A stretch of 64,000 nt of DNA from a virus (taxonomy: Duplodnaviria; Caudoviricetes), in IMG/VR virus record IMGVR_UViG_2974638963_000001, positions 54,538 through 118,537 of that record. The stretch is one strand, 5' to 3'. Below, in pieces: positions 41,919 to 52,238 of this stretch (the stretch's first letter is position 1; each line of letters starts with the position of its first letter). Both the position numbers and the translations under genes were made by a program. The notes under the pieces are model-generated. The model made no database searches and was not told the origin of the DNA. It worked only from the letters and a program-made list of their open reading frames with translations.

Positions 41919-42679
41919 TACGTTCCCTCTCTTACTGTAATGTTGTATCTTGAGTGAATCAAGTCACGTGCTGCTTTTGCCAACGCTTCTCCGATTAGGG
42001 TCTGCGGGTTACGTGCGCCTGCAAAAGGTGTTAAAGATAGTCGGTTATAGGTAGATACAGTCGGATTAAATACAGAGTATGGTCTGGTCATGTAATTATA
42101 GGATATTATAGCCTCTACTTTCTTTCCTTCCCCACGTACCTGTAGACTTTTCACTTCAACTGAATTAGCAAATCGTCCTGTTCTCCATTTAAGTGGTGCA
42201 CCAGCCTTTTTCATGCCCTGAGTTAAATACATCTTACCAAGTATTTCCAACATAGACATCATATTAGAATTACTTACAAACATACCAGAAGGCCCCTGTA
42301 CCGGTCCAAAGTAGGCATCTGGATCATCCTCCGCAGGGTCCCCTAGACTAACACGTACGCTTCCTACGGTTCTCTTTTTACCTATCTTGTTCATTTGACC
42401 TATACCAAGTATTCTAGCAAACACATTGGCTAGGCTATCAATTTCTCTATCTATATCGTAACTTGAGTTTATTATTTCAAATATTTTAGGAGTAACTGTT
42501 TCCAGATAATCAGCAGATACTGGCTTACTAAACTTAAAGGTTAGTTTAGCGATCCTCCCGTCCCTACTAGGATCTTGCAAACCAGTTTCAATAGTGTAAT
42601 CTACCTTATCACGCTTGTACCCTGAAGGGTTGGATAACTCCTGTAATATGATTTGTTTTGCTAGATCGCTTAGTGCCAT
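41918..42679 (-). CDS. Tail completion protein (p143-like)
   Basis: LKWRTGRFANS, RNPQTLI motifs, synteny. Confidence 0.78.
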   Translation of the reverse strand: MALSDLAKQIILQELSNPSGYKRDKVDYTIETGLQDPSRDGRIAKLTFKFSKPVSADYLETVTPKIFEIINSSYDIDREIDSLANVFARILGIGQMNKIGKKRTVGSVRVSLGDPAEDDPDAYFGPVQGPSGMFVSNSNMMSMLEILGKMYLTQGMKKAGAPLKWRTGRFANSVEVKSLQVRGEGKKVEAIISYNYMTRPYSVFNPTVSTYNRLSLTPFAGARNPQTLIGEALAKAARDLIHSRYNITVREGT

Positions 42680-43197
42680 TATATAATCCTATGTGAATTT
42701 ACGATGGTCATAATATGTTTAGGTAAACCTGTTATTTGATTCATAAACGTGATATTTTCACCACCGAAGCTACGAGAATTACGGTACTCGTGCTTTTCCC
42801 AGTACTCAACAGTTAATGCTACGGCCAACTTGAGGTCTCGTGCCCACTCGATAGTATCAGCGTCATATGTAATTTTGTACATTCCAGAGGGAACAGGGGG
42901 AGAAATATAAAGTCTACCCGAATCCAAGATATGGCAACGATCTGCCATATTATTACTTGGATCTGTTATGATATGGAATTTACTAATCTTGGTCGCCTGT
43001 AAGTTATTGATAAAATATCTATCGCGCCCATTGAACACTTCGAGGAACTCAGTACCTTCTTCTGATACTGACCAGTTAAGTTGGTTTAGGATCAAAGCAT
43101 TAGCTGCGGCTAGGTAGGATTTTACTTCTGAATCTAGAGCTTGAGGTAGGTTCCTCATCTCCATGTATTCATTCTCTGATAAAATTTCTGTAGCCAT
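42679..43197 (-). CDS. Head completion / adaptor protein (p144-like)
   Basis: DLKLAV...LPKHI pattern, synteny. Confidence 0.78.
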   Translation of the reverse strand: MATEILSENEYMEMRNLPQALDSEVKSYLAAANALILNQLNWSVSEEGTEFLEVFNGRDRYFINNLQATKISKFHIITDPSNNMADRCHILDSGRLYISPPVPSGMYKITYDADTIEWARDLKLAVALTVEYWEKHEYRNSRSFGGENITFMNQITGLPKHIMTIVNSHRII

Positions 43198-43210
43198 TTA
43201 TTTTTCCCAA

Positions 43211-43237
43211 TAAAAAAGGAGAGCCGAAGCTCTCCTT
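43211..43237 (-). terminator. Terminator after the major capsid gene
   Basis: GGAGAGC-TTCG-GCTCTCC-TTTTTT on - strand. Confidence 0.92.
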
Positions 43238-43262
43238 ATCCGGCATATTGCCTAAGTCTTGA

Positions 43263-44690
43263 TTACTTAGCGTAAGCAGCCACAACAATGTTGTGAGTGT
43301 CAAACTTACGTTGTAAGTTCAGACGTTGAGTAACGAAGATGTTGTAACGTTGTGATTCTGGATCACGTTGATCTTCAACAAACACGTTACGTTGACGTGG
43401 TACTAAGAAGTCTGGTGTATATACGATTAACGCATACGCAGAACCAGCTGCTTTTGCTGGGAAGTACTCGGAAACCACTACAGGCATACCGTAGATACGA
43501 CCTACTTGACCAGTCAGTTTGATAGCATTAGCTGCTTCAACCTGTGCAACGTCTTGGAATTCTTCGTCTAAGGTTAAGTCGAAGTAAGCGTCTAAAGAAA
43601 CAACCAGAGCAAGTTTGTTCAGGTTTAAACCTTTAGATTTTAAGTGTGCACGCAGAGCGTGAATTTCTTTAGCAGTTACTTTAACTGTACCATCAGCTTT
43701 AGCTTTAGTCTCTTTAACAGCGTTGTCTTTAGCAGCCATTGTTAATAGACCTTCTGGCTGACCAACACCAGTACCGCTCATGAAAGCTTTCTCAATTGAA
43801 ACAGCGTGTGATTCAATGATGTTTGCACGGATGATTGGCAACAGAACGATGATAACGTCTTCTGTAGTTTCATCAGTGATGAATGCTTTAGCAGCAAGTT
43901 TGAAAGTTTTGAAACTGATTTCTGTCAGTTTATCTTTTTGCCACTCACCAGTTGTTTCTGGTTTACCATAAGTAGCTGCGTCTACCCAGTTGGCTTCTAA
44001 TGGACCACCTTGCACTGGCATAACCAGGTTAGCAGCAGTCATAGGAAGTTCAGGGAACAAGTTACCAACAATAAGTTCTTTCTGAATATCACGCAGGATG
44101 TTAGTAGTGAAGATAGTTTCATATGCTTCGCTAGAAACTGCCATTGAGCTAGATTCGTTCAGAGCTTTCAGGTAGCTAGCACCAGTCTCTGTTTCGAATA
44201 CATCTTTCTTGCAAACTTTAGCTAACAGAACTAGGTCATCAACTGTTTTCTCGAAAGATTTAGTATCACCTAGCAGGCTTGTTGCAACAGAGTTTTCCAG
44301 AGGAGAACGACCGTGGCGAGCAACGTTTAATTGTTTGATCTGATCTTTAAGAGTTTCTAAAGTTGCAGCGTTATCTTCTACAGATTTAGCAAAAGCTTCT
44401 TCACTGTCTTTCAACTTCTGAGAAAGGGATAAGATTAATTCGTTGGCAGTATTAAGTGCTTTACGATCTTCTTCTTTCGCAGCAGCGATTAAATCATTAA
44501 CACGCTTTTCCATAGCTTCTTGTTCAGCAGCTTTTTGTTTTGCAGCAGCTTCGCGAGCTTCCTTATTGCGCATCTCTTCCATAAATTTGACGATATCAGC
44601 ATTGTCAGCAGAAGCAGAAGGAGCTTTACCTGCCATAGCCTTTGCAAGCTCTGCAATCAGTTCGTCAGTAGATTTTTGTTGTACTGTCAT
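43263..44690 (-). CDS. pb8: Major capsid protein precursor (HK97 fold with N-terminal delta scaffold)
   Basis: Coiled-coil N-terminus, FMSGTGVGQPEGLL, GRIYGMPVVVS. Confidence 0.93.
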   Translation of the reverse strand: MTVQQKSTDELIAELAKAMAGKAPSASADNADIVKFMEEMRNKEAREAAAKQKAAEQEAMEKRVNDLIAAAKEEDRKALNTANELILSLSQKLKDSEEAFAKSVEDNAATLETLKDQIKQLNVARHGRSPLENSVATSLLGDTKSFEKTVDDLVLLAKVCKKDVFETETGASYLKALNESSSMAVSSEAYETIFTTNILRDIQKELIVGNLFPELPMTAANLVMPVQGGPLEANWVDAATYGKPETTGEWQKDKLTEISFKTFKLAAKAFITDETTEDVIIVLLPIIRANIIESHAVSIEKAFMSGTGVGQPEGLLTMAAKDNAVKETKAKADGTVKVTAKEIHALRAHLKSKGLNLNKLALVVSLDAYFDLTLDEEFQDVAQVEAANAIKLTGQVGRIYGMPVVVSEYFPAKAAGSAYALIVYTPDFLVPRQRNVFVEDQRDPESQRYNIFVTQRLNLQRKFDTHNIVVAAYAK

Positions 44691-44696
44691 TTTATA

Positions 44697-45275
44697 TTAT
44701 TTCCCGTTAAATACCGCATTATGAATGCGCTCAACTAAAGTTCTGAACGGATCTACCGGCTCAGCGTTATTAATAAATTCTTTTCTAAAGTCTAAGTAGT
44801 CTGAGCCATTCATGCTCTTGGCTACTTGGAATGTTGAATCTTGGTTACATGGGACAGCAACAACTGAAATCTCATGTAGTTCAAGATCTTTGATAACAAA
44901 GGTATCAGAGTGGTCTTCCCAGTCTGCATCTAAGCAGCGGAAGCCAACACTAAATGTTTTTAAGATACCATGCTCAACCATACTAAAGACTTGAGGATCA
45001 GTATCGCGTACAATATTAGCTGCAATGAACAAACCTTTTTCATCTGGTCTTAATTCTATACAACTACCAACTGGTCTACGATGATCATGCCCAAACAAAA
45101 TGATCGGGTTCTTCTGGTAATTAGTTAATGCACTACGTGTTTTCCACGCAGAAGCTAAAATAATATCTCCAGCTCTGTCTTTGTCTACAGTATTAGCGTA
45201 ACCCTCAATAGTGATTACGCCATCTGATGCTGTAGTAGCCTTAGTGATCATGGAATCTAATTGAATTAGACTCAT
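44697..45275 (-). CDS. pb11: Prohead maturation protease
   Basis: IEGYAN, HDH, FSVGF, EISVVAVPCN. Confidence 0.93.
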   Translation of the reverse strand: MSLIQLDSMITKATTASDGVITIEGYANTVDKDRAGDIILASAWKTRSALTNYQKNPIILFGHDHRRPVGSCIELRPDEKGLFIAANIVRDTDPQVFSMVEHGILKTFSVGFRCLDADWEDHSDTFVIKDLELHEISVVAVPCNQDSTFQVAKSMNGSDYLDFRKEFINNAEPVDPFRTLVERIHNAVFNGK

Positions 45276-46483
45276 GCTTCGACTCCTTGTTCAGCTTTAA
45301 TAGTGAAAGATCCAACCTCACCGAATTGTTGCATCCCTTTGGATGGGTAATTCTCGTCTTTGGCAACTACCTTAAATTTAACTACTCTATCTGGCTCACC
45401 AACTGCTGGAATTTTCTTAATAGTTAGTGGAATTGGGTTATCCCCAAGTTTATTACCAGGTGTCACGTACTCAAGATCTTTGGAGTCTACTAAAGATACT
45501 TCTAAGGAACCGCTTTGATGTTGACCCTTAACAACTGTAGTCTCAATCATAACAGATTCTTTATTCTTAGTAACTTCAGTCTTATCCTGTGTCCAAGTTA
45601 TTTCCAACTTATCTGCAATAGTTTTTGAAACTGTAACCGTCTTAGTTCCGTGGTTAACCGGAGTAGGAACACCGCTGCCCTGTTTAACACTAAATAATGT
45701 TAATGGAATAACCACAGGTTCGTCTTCAGCTAGATTAGCACATTTAATTGAGATACGAGGCTCTCCCTCTACACGTGAGGTTAATATTAGTCTAGCTTGA
45801 CTTTCTGGCAGGTCGTCTGGAACATCTATCCAAACTTGATCAGGCTCTTCGCCTTGGTCAACATTAAAGGAAGCGAAAACTTCGTCTCCTTTCATGGTTA
45901 GTTTGTTATCAGATAGTTCCCAAGAGATTTTAGTCTCTTTAGCTGCTAAGAAGAAAACAGATACCGTAGTTGCTGTCACAGTTGTGTCAGGATAATTCTT
46001 ATCTTTGGCTGTAAAAGTTAGTAATGCAGATGTATCGGCATTTCCTAGCTCAGTATAAGTAACTGTCATGGTATTGGTTTCTTCATCAAACGCAGAGAAC
46101 TCCATTTTAAGAGGGTTATTTTCAGGATCTACGGCTGGAGCAAAGTCGGTCATAAAATCAACCGAACCAGGTAGGTACTCACCCTCTAACACTTTAAGTG
46201 TTAGTGTTGATTTACTACCTTTAGTTGATAGCTCATCTGGAGTTGCTGTTACTTCAAACTTAAGCTTCGGCTTTGGGGGCACTACTTCTCCACCCTCTTC
46301 TCCAGCAGTTAATGCTTTCCAGTTTGCACGGTTAGTGTATGCTGGACTACGACCCATTGCTTTACGAAGTTCTTGATAAGACTTAAATGGCGCATCATCA
46401 CGAGCCAATATTTCGTTGCAAGAGTCTGGAATTCCATCTGGGAACATCTCGTTTAGTGCTCCCAGGATTTCTTCTCTAGTCAT
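45272..46483 (-). CDS. pb10: Capsid decoration protein with about three Ig-like domains
   Basis: pb10 position; small N-terminal domain, Pro linker, three beta-rich repeats (AKDKNYP/AKDENYP). Confidence 0.7.
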   Translation of the reverse strand: MTREEILGALNEMFPDGIPDSCNEILARDDAPFKSYQELRKAMGRSPAYTNRANWKALTAGEEGGEVVPPKPKLKFEVTATPDELSTKGSKSTLTLKVLEGEYLPGSVDFMTDFAPAVDPENNPLKMEFSAFDEETNTMTVTYTELGNADTSALLTFTAKDKNYPDTTVTATTVSVFFLAAKETKISWELSDNKLTMKGDEVFASFNVDQGEEPDQVWIDVPDDLPESQARLILTSRVEGEPRISIKCANLAEDEPVVIPLTLFSVKQGSGVPTPVNHGTKTVTVSKTIADKLEITWTQDKTEVTKNKESVMIETTVVKGQHQSGSLEVSLVDSKDLEYVTPGNKLGDNPIPLTIKKIPAVGEPDRVVKFKVVAKDENYPSKGMQQFGEVGSFTIKAEQGVEA

Positions 46484-47721
46484 TCTTTATTTTCCTCAGC
46501 GGGTGGTCTTCCACCCTCCTGACCTGATACGCTAGTAGCAGAGCCAGAGATGTTTGCAGGTATGCGAATTTCTTCCATTCGTGGATCGTCTAGAGGTTCT
46601 AGACCCAATTCCGCACGTACTTCATTACCTGTCATGATTCCGTTATTAACTAACGTTGAAAGGTATTTACCCTCACTATCTCTGTCAGGTGTTAAAGCAC
46701 GCACATGTTTAGTCTCAGGTTCGACATAAAAGCCGAAGAAGAACTGAACAGCGCTTGCAAACTTTCTTAACATGGGAATAATAGTCATGTAATAGAAAAG
46801 TTCAACATTAGGACGTATGTTTGCGTTGTTTCCACCATCAATTAAGATCTGCGGAACCCCTAATGCTATACAAATGTCTTTCTCCTGACGAGCGATATCT
46901 TCTTTAAAGTCTAAATCCTTGAAAGATGATATTTGTGAATATGGTTTCGCTTTAAGACCACCATCTAGAATTAACACAGAAGATTGACCCGTATTCGGAT
47001 TATAATTTAATTGTATCTCTTCTTGTGCACGTTCGCGGTGTTTCTTATTTAATATGTCGTCAGTTTCTAGGATTAACCCAATTACAGTACCATTCTTAAG
47101 GAATGTATCCTTAAAGTGCAACATGGCATTACGTTTAGTAACAGAGTCTAAAGTCGCTTGGATACGTGACTGTCCTGAAATTTGGGATGTCAGTCCATTG
47201 ACGAATGCGTTATCCTTAATAAAAATAATTTCGTCAACCGCAAATCTAACTTTACTATTACCGAACTCATAGTGACTTACAACTGTCGATTTATCAGCGA
47301 CAACTTTCATCATTATAGCTGGTAGGTGATATAATGCACCACCCTCTTTGTCGTAATGAATAAACGCAGTGCCTAGAAATAAAAGATCTGTAATAACGAG
47401 ACGTCGGAACGTATCGATATCCATATATGGGTTTGGCTTAACATTCATTAGTCTATCTAACGTAGCCTTTCTGATGCCTTGACCATAACTTATAATGTCT
47501 TTCATATTTTCGCCGATCTCATAAGAGCATTCAGCAGCACTGTCAATTACCATGTTTGCAGCACGACTCAACATAGGCACGTTTCTGTATGCCTCACTGA
47601 CCGTTATCGGTTTCTGTAATGTTGGTGAACTGCTAGATTGTGCGGCACTAATTTGAGCTTGCCCAGGATTACGTTTTTCATAACTCCCTATAAGGGATTT
47701 TAAATCATCAAACATTCCCAT
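46480..47721 (-). CDS. pb7: Portal protein
   Basis: HK97-family portal motifs (PNPYM, ICIALGVP, GIMTGNEVR). Confidence 0.93.
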   Translation of the reverse strand: MGMFDDLKSLIGSYEKRNPGQAQISAAQSSSSPTLQKPITVSEAYRNVPMLSRAANMVIDSAAECSYEIGENMKDIISYGQGIRKATLDRLMNVKPNPYMDIDTFRRLVITDLLFLGTAFIHYDKEGGALYHLPAIMMKVVADKSTVVSHYEFGNSKVRFAVDEIIFIKDNAFVNGLTSQISGQSRIQATLDSVTKRNAMLHFKDTFLKNGTVIGLILETDDILNKKHRERAQEEIQLNYNPNTGQSSVLILDGGLKAKPYSQISSFKDLDFKEDIARQEKDICIALGVPQILIDGGNNANIRPNVELFYYMTIIPMLRKFASAVQFFFGFYVEPETKHVRALTPDRDSEGKYLSTLVNNGIMTGNEVRAELGLEPLDDPRMEEIRIPANISGSATSVSGQEGGRPPAEENKE

Positions 47722-48266
47722 TACGCTCTAAGCTCCGATAACTCTGGTGCAGGTACTCGGAAATCGAGCAAGCCCATAGAGTCTATTTTAGTTTTACCTT
47801 TTCTAGATTGATTTGATATAAATGATTTGTCTCTCAGATGATCTTCGTCAACTTGAAAGATACTTGGTAAGCTCTGGTGATCTTCGCCACCTAGATGCTT
47901 GATTCTTTGTTTCTCCACCCAGGCTTCTTGTTTTTTCGCTGTAAACAGCGGTGGCTCTTTTGTGTACACTTTGTGAAGTTGTACGTGGTGGTCTCGGCAA
48001 AGGGTAACGGCGTGCTCCACTAGCTCATGCATATATTTTTCGTAGAATGCTTCCCTATGACTAAGGACTACTTCTTCGTTATTGAAATCCAGTTGGTTTT
48101 CTGCAGCATAGTTTTTAACTAGTAGAGCTACCGTATGGTAATGATGAAACTCTAAGTTTTCATCCGTACCACAGATTCTACATTCGGACGCTTTAGGATA
48201 TCTGGACTTTATACCGTCTCTCATTATGGATATCGCATCTCTTTTGTACTTGACATTGGTAGCCAT
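47721..48266 (-). CDS. HNH nicking endonuclease
   Basis: CRICG...HH...LCRDHH...H; between terL and portal as in T5. Confidence 0.85.
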   Translation of the reverse strand: MATNVKYKRDAISIMRDGIKSRYPKASECRICGTDENLEFHHYHTVALLVKNYAAENQLDFNNEEVVLSHREAFYEKYMHELVEHAVTLCRDHHVQLHKVYTKEPPLFTAKKQEAWVEKQRIKHLGGEDHQSLPSIFQVDEDHLRDKSFISNQSRKGKTKIDSMGLLDFRVPAPELSELRA

Positions 48267-48295
48267 TTATTTTTATCTCCCAACTCAATATAACT

Positions 48296-48324
48296 ATTAT
48301 ATCGAAATTCTCATCGTTTGTAAA
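48296..48324 (-). promoter_or_regulatory. Promoter for the head operon
   Basis: TTTACA-17-TATAAT on - strand. Confidence 0.8.
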
Positions 48325-48403
48325 GTGGAGTTTGAAAATCGAGGTGGAGCGACTTCAATGAGTTCGGTCGCTCTCCTGCAAAATATTTTAAATTCCTATA
48401 AAA

Positions 48404-49726
48404 TTATAACTCTCTACGTATTGAGTAGATAGCATAGCGTATAGCATCAGAGTAGTGAGAATTATGGTCATGATACGGTCGCTCTCTAGATATTTGCTTA
48501 CTCTCTTCATCCATATGCCACTTATAACCTATCAAACTCTCTATTAGTCCTTTACATTTTGAATCTACTATAATCTTATCTTGCCAGAATAAGTCTTGCA
48601 AGTATCTGATACCATCGTTAACAGACTTCTTAGCACCTTTAGTTGAGATATCAAAGTCGTGGGCTAGGTCATGTCTGAATTGGGCGGCAGCGGAGTCAAC
48701 GAAAATATAATCAGGATCCATGCGCCTTACAAGATCCTCTATGTACTGAGCATGTTCAGAGGTTGTCTTCTCAGCCTGTAAGTATTCTTCTACCACATAG
48801 AACATATCCGTATCATAGTGGTACTTAACAGTTACAATAGCTGTTGGATCACGATAACCAACGTCAATGCCAACGATAACTTCAAAGTCATCAGTATTAG
48901 CAAAGAAGTGACGCATACCGGATAAGTCTTTAACATGTTTCTCAATATCAAACGTATCGAAGATTTGCCCTTCGAACACACCGAAGTCTGCTTCGTACTC
49001 TTGACGGAAATATGCTTCTGAGGTAGTTCTTCGTGCGTCTTCGATAGTCTTTAAGTCTACCCTAGGATTGTCACGATAGGTAGCATGAATAGACACCCAG
49101 GTCTTCATGGAATCTGTTTCTGTAGACTTACCATATTCATAGAACGTCTTGAACCAGTTATTACCACGAGGGGTAGATATGAATAGCGCCTTTGAGTTAG
49201 GTTTGTCAAGTGTTGGCATCAACTGTACTTGGAAGGCATCCCCACCCTTATCAGAAATTGCTGCCTCATCAAATATAATGAAGTCATATGAACGACCAAC
49301 TGCGGAGTCGGCGTTACCTGCTGATGCCAGTTTGAATAGTGAGCCATTCGATAACTCAATCTCCTTGTCCTTAGCATTCTCTTTTTCTGTCTTGATACCA
49401 TGTTTACGAATCAGCCCCTTGATGAGATCCCATCCGATGTTTGCCAATGAGTAGTTAGGTGCAATAACTAGCACCAACGTTCCAGGTTCTAGTAACTTTA
49501 AGAATCCTAGGTTGTACGCAATAAAGGATTTCCCTACACGGCGTGATACACAGGCCGTTACAAAACGGTGACGTGGGTCATTTAGGGAATTTATAATTGC
49601 AATCTGAGGGCGATTAGGTGTAATGCCCTCTAGATCTAACATACCTTGTACGGATAGCTTAAAGAAACTATTATCACCAAAGTCCAATAGGTCTGTGGTG
49701 TTTATGTAGTCTCTAGATACTTCCAT
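48404..49726 (-). CDS. terL: Terminase large subunit
   Basis: SRRVGKS Walker A, IIFDEAA, ISTPRG, GIDVG and DAIRY nuclease motifs. Confidence 0.95.
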   Translation of the reverse strand: MEVSRDYINTTDLLDFGDNSFFKLSVQGMLDLEGITPNRPQIAIINSLNDPRHRFVTACVSRRVGKSFIAYNLGFLKLLEPGTLVLVIAPNYSLANIGWDLIKGLIRKHGIKTEKENAKDKEIELSNGSLFKLASAGNADSAVGRSYDFIIFDEAAISDKGGDAFQVQLMPTLDKPNSKALFISTPRGNNWFKTFYEYGKSTETDSMKTWVSIHATYRDNPRVDLKTIEDARRTTSEAYFRQEYEADFGVFEGQIFDTFDIEKHVKDLSGMRHFFANTDDFEVIVGIDVGYRDPTAIVTVKYHYDTDMFYVVEEYLQAEKTTSEHAQYIEDLVRRMDPDYIFVDSAAAQFRHDLAHDFDISTKGAKKSVNDGIRYLQDLFWQDKIIVDSKCKGLIESLIGYKWHMDEESKQISRERPYHDHNSHYSDAIRYAIYSIRREL

Positions 49727-50199
49727 TATTTACCTTGTAGTTTAGTAATAAGCGAAGCATAGTTAGGGTCATTAATTACCTGTACGTTAGTTTGGTTGGC
49801 TACGACTCTGTTTCCTGCCTGCTTAATCTTCTCAAGCTCTGCTTCCATCTTCATCTCGTCCATCTTCATTCTATGGACAGTTTTTAAAATATCCATAATA
49901 TCTTGATCTGAGCCGAGGCCGGTCTCGTCCATTTGTTCAAGCTTCATGTTGATAATCTTATCTAGGAGAGCGAATAGCTTATGTTTATTCCTAAATCCAG
50001 ATTCGTTAAACAGAGTACTGATATACTGCTTAACTTCTGGCTTGTTATAGATTTTGACCACACCCTCTTTAGGCATGTTAAGGGCTACAGCAGCCTTATC
50101 AATGTCAAAACCGTTATTAAAATACGCCTCTACTACCATCATCCCTTCGGGATCGATAAATTCAGGCGCTAATGCTGTAGGATTAGTTGCTGGTAACAT
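49726..50199 (-). CDS. terS: Terminase small subunit
   Basis: HTH-like N-terminus, position, size. Confidence 0.8.
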   Translation of the reverse strand: MLPATNPTALAPEFIDPEGMMVVEAYFNNGFDIDKAAVALNMPKEGVVKIYNKPEVKQYISTLFNESGFRNKHKLFALLDKIINMKLEQMDETGLGSDQDIMDILKTVHRMKMDEMKMEAELEKIKQAGNRVVANQTNVQVINDPNYASLITKLQGK

Positions 50200-50208
50200 A
50201 TTATTTCC

Positions 50209-52074
50209 TTACGAAAGAGCAGCAATGCTCATAGTGTACGCTGGTACGTGAAACTTGGGATTAGCATTAAGAGACTGACCATTACCGCCTTTCTTACCAG
50301 GCATCGGGGCACCTCTGTGAGATACTGATATCTCCACATTACCATTACCTAAATTTCTGAACCAGAATGCGATATTTGTAAGCCAAGTATTTACCACTGG
50401 ATCAGAGAAGTCAGCCCAACCACTATCGCTCTTGTATGATTTTACTTCCATAAACTGTACATACTTATTTATAGGCAAGACAAGAATACTATGATCTCCC
50501 CCCACATTAGGAACAGTGTTGCTGGAAAGTTTCATAATACCTCCCCCTACTCTGGCATAATATGCTTCGTTAGGTAGCCATACACGGACATCTGTTGTGT
50601 TAAGATTCATTATAATTGTAGAGGCCCTATTAGTAGCTAGCCCTAGAGCTACTGTAGCAATAACCTTACTTTCAGGGTTTGCCAATGTTACCTCAGACCC
50701 CCCGAAAGTAACTCTTTTGGTTGCCCCAGGAAGTAGTTTAAGCGCCATAGACCCACCTTTCCCCCATATCGTCCGAGTTTGAGTTCCTATAGAGTCGGGG
50801 GTAATTACCCACCCATTTCCGGAATTTTTCATATCTTGAATACCAAGGAAGTTATGTTGGTTTGGTGCTAGACTTACCATGGAGGACCCCGAGGTAGTAT
50901 TAATACTACTATCTGAAGCTACCCCCAATAAGGGCATTGCAGACCTCATATTGGGAAGACCATTACCATCATATGATGGATTAGCATACATATAGGTATA
51001 ACCAGACCCTGTAGTACTAGGATTGATTTGATGCAGCATTTTGGCTGCTAAGGTTTTTATAGATACTCCCCCCACCTTAAAGTCATTCCTATCTAGCTTA
51101 ATCTCCCCTGTTAAAGGGACTATATTAGTCAGAGAATACCCTGAGTTAACATTATAAGTTAGATTCAGCTTTCTGATAATAATCTTGGTAAAGGTTACCG
51201 TAGGGTAGTCCCACAACTCCATATAGCTGGCATTCCGGTTTCCATGCCATTTAGTAGTACCAGAAATAGTACCTAGTTTACGATGATTTAACCACCAGTT
51301 AGCGTACCTATCGCGGTCACTATAATGCTGCATATCCTTTTCGAATTTCTGTGAAGCGTTAGCTAAAGCCCCTCGGGGGGCTCCTATTAAATTGTTAAAT
51401 GGAGGTACCAGAATCCCTGAGTAAGTCCCCCCATAAAATCCTACACGATAGAACTTACTGGTGTCAATGGTTACAAATGAGTTATTATACCCGCACCTCC
51501 ATAATCTATCCCTAGCAACATTGAAACTGTTAGCCTCACTATCACCACCAATTCTCATAGTATTGATACCAAAAGAATCTTGATCAAGGGTGGCTTGTCT
51601 AATATCAGTAGATTTATTGCCCACAAAGAAACCTACATGTACACCTATCCCTGGGCGCATTGTTACATGTAAATCGTAGTCATGGAAGTCCATACGCCCA
51701 TCCCAGTCATCCCAGGCATCCCCCGTATCAAACGAGGAGGTTATACTATGGCCATTAATTACTTTAGAGTATTCCTTACCGTTTACTGTGTAGAATACTT
51801 CAATAAGTGTAACAGTAGAACTATTTTTAATAGCATTTATAGCACCCGCAGGTAGTGACCCTACCTTATATCTGCCAAGAATATTCCAACCACCGTATGT
51901 ATCTCCCACAGCGGAAGCATCGAAATTAGTTAATGGGATAGCCCACTCATCAGTTATAAACACATGTGGCAATGAGGAGTGAAAGATAGTATCATTACCA
52001 ACCCCATTGCGTGCGTCACTGGACTCTGTTAAGTGCAGGACAGTCCCCGGACTTCCTTTCATATAAAGACCCAT
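50209..52074 (-). CDS. pb5: Receptor-binding protein pb5
   Basis: MGLY...VLHL...TIFHSSLPHVF N-terminus typical of pb5; 621 aa; position. Confidence 0.8.
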   Translation of the reverse strand: MGLYMKGSPGTVLHLTESSDARNGVGNDTIFHSSLPHVFITDEWAIPLTNFDASAVGDTYGGWNILGRYKVGSLPAGAINAIKNSSTVTLIEVFYTVNGKEYSKVINGHSITSSFDTGDAWDDWDGRMDFHDYDLHVTMRPGIGVHVGFFVGNKSTDIRQATLDQDSFGINTMRIGGDSEANSFNVARDRLWRCGYNNSFVTIDTSKFYRVGFYGGTYSGILVPPFNNLIGAPRGALANASQKFEKDMQHYSDRDRYANWWLNHRKLGTISGTTKWHGNRNASYMELWDYPTVTFTKIIIRKLNLTYNVNSGYSLTNIVPLTGEIKLDRNDFKVGGVSIKTLAAKMLHQINPSTTGSGYTYMYANPSYDGNGLPNMRSAMPLLGVASDSSINTTSGSSMVSLAPNQHNFLGIQDMKNSGNGWVITPDSIGTQTRTIWGKGGSMALKLLPGATKRVTFGGSEVTLANPESKVIATVALGLATNRASTIIMNLNTTDVRVWLPNEAYYARVGGGIMKLSSNTVPNVGGDHSILVLPINKYVQFMEVKSYKSDSGWADFSDPVVNTWLTNIAFWFRNLGNGNVEISVSHRGAPMPGKKGGNGQSLNANPKFHVPAYTMSIAALS

Positions 52075-52102
52075 GTTTTCTCCTTAATAATTAAAAAATT
52101 AG

Positions 52103-52131
52103 TTGCGTTCCGCCTCAATTCCTGATATAAT
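52103..52131 (+). promoter_or_regulatory. Early-type promoter for the llp-position operon
   Basis: TTGCGT-17-TATAAT followed by ATTTATATAAATT. Confidence 0.85.
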
Positions 52132-52169
52132 ATTTATATAAATTAAAGAAGCAAATCGATAATAAACTA

Positions 52170-52198
52170 ATTATACAACAGATTTGCCACGATGTAAA
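52170..52198 (-). promoter_or_regulatory. Promoter for pb5 and terminase, facing the + promoter
   Basis: TTTACA-17-TATAAT on - strand. Confidence 0.75.
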
Positions 52199-52238
52199 GA
52201 ACATTTTTAAAATCAATCTAGACAAAAAGAGGTATAGT

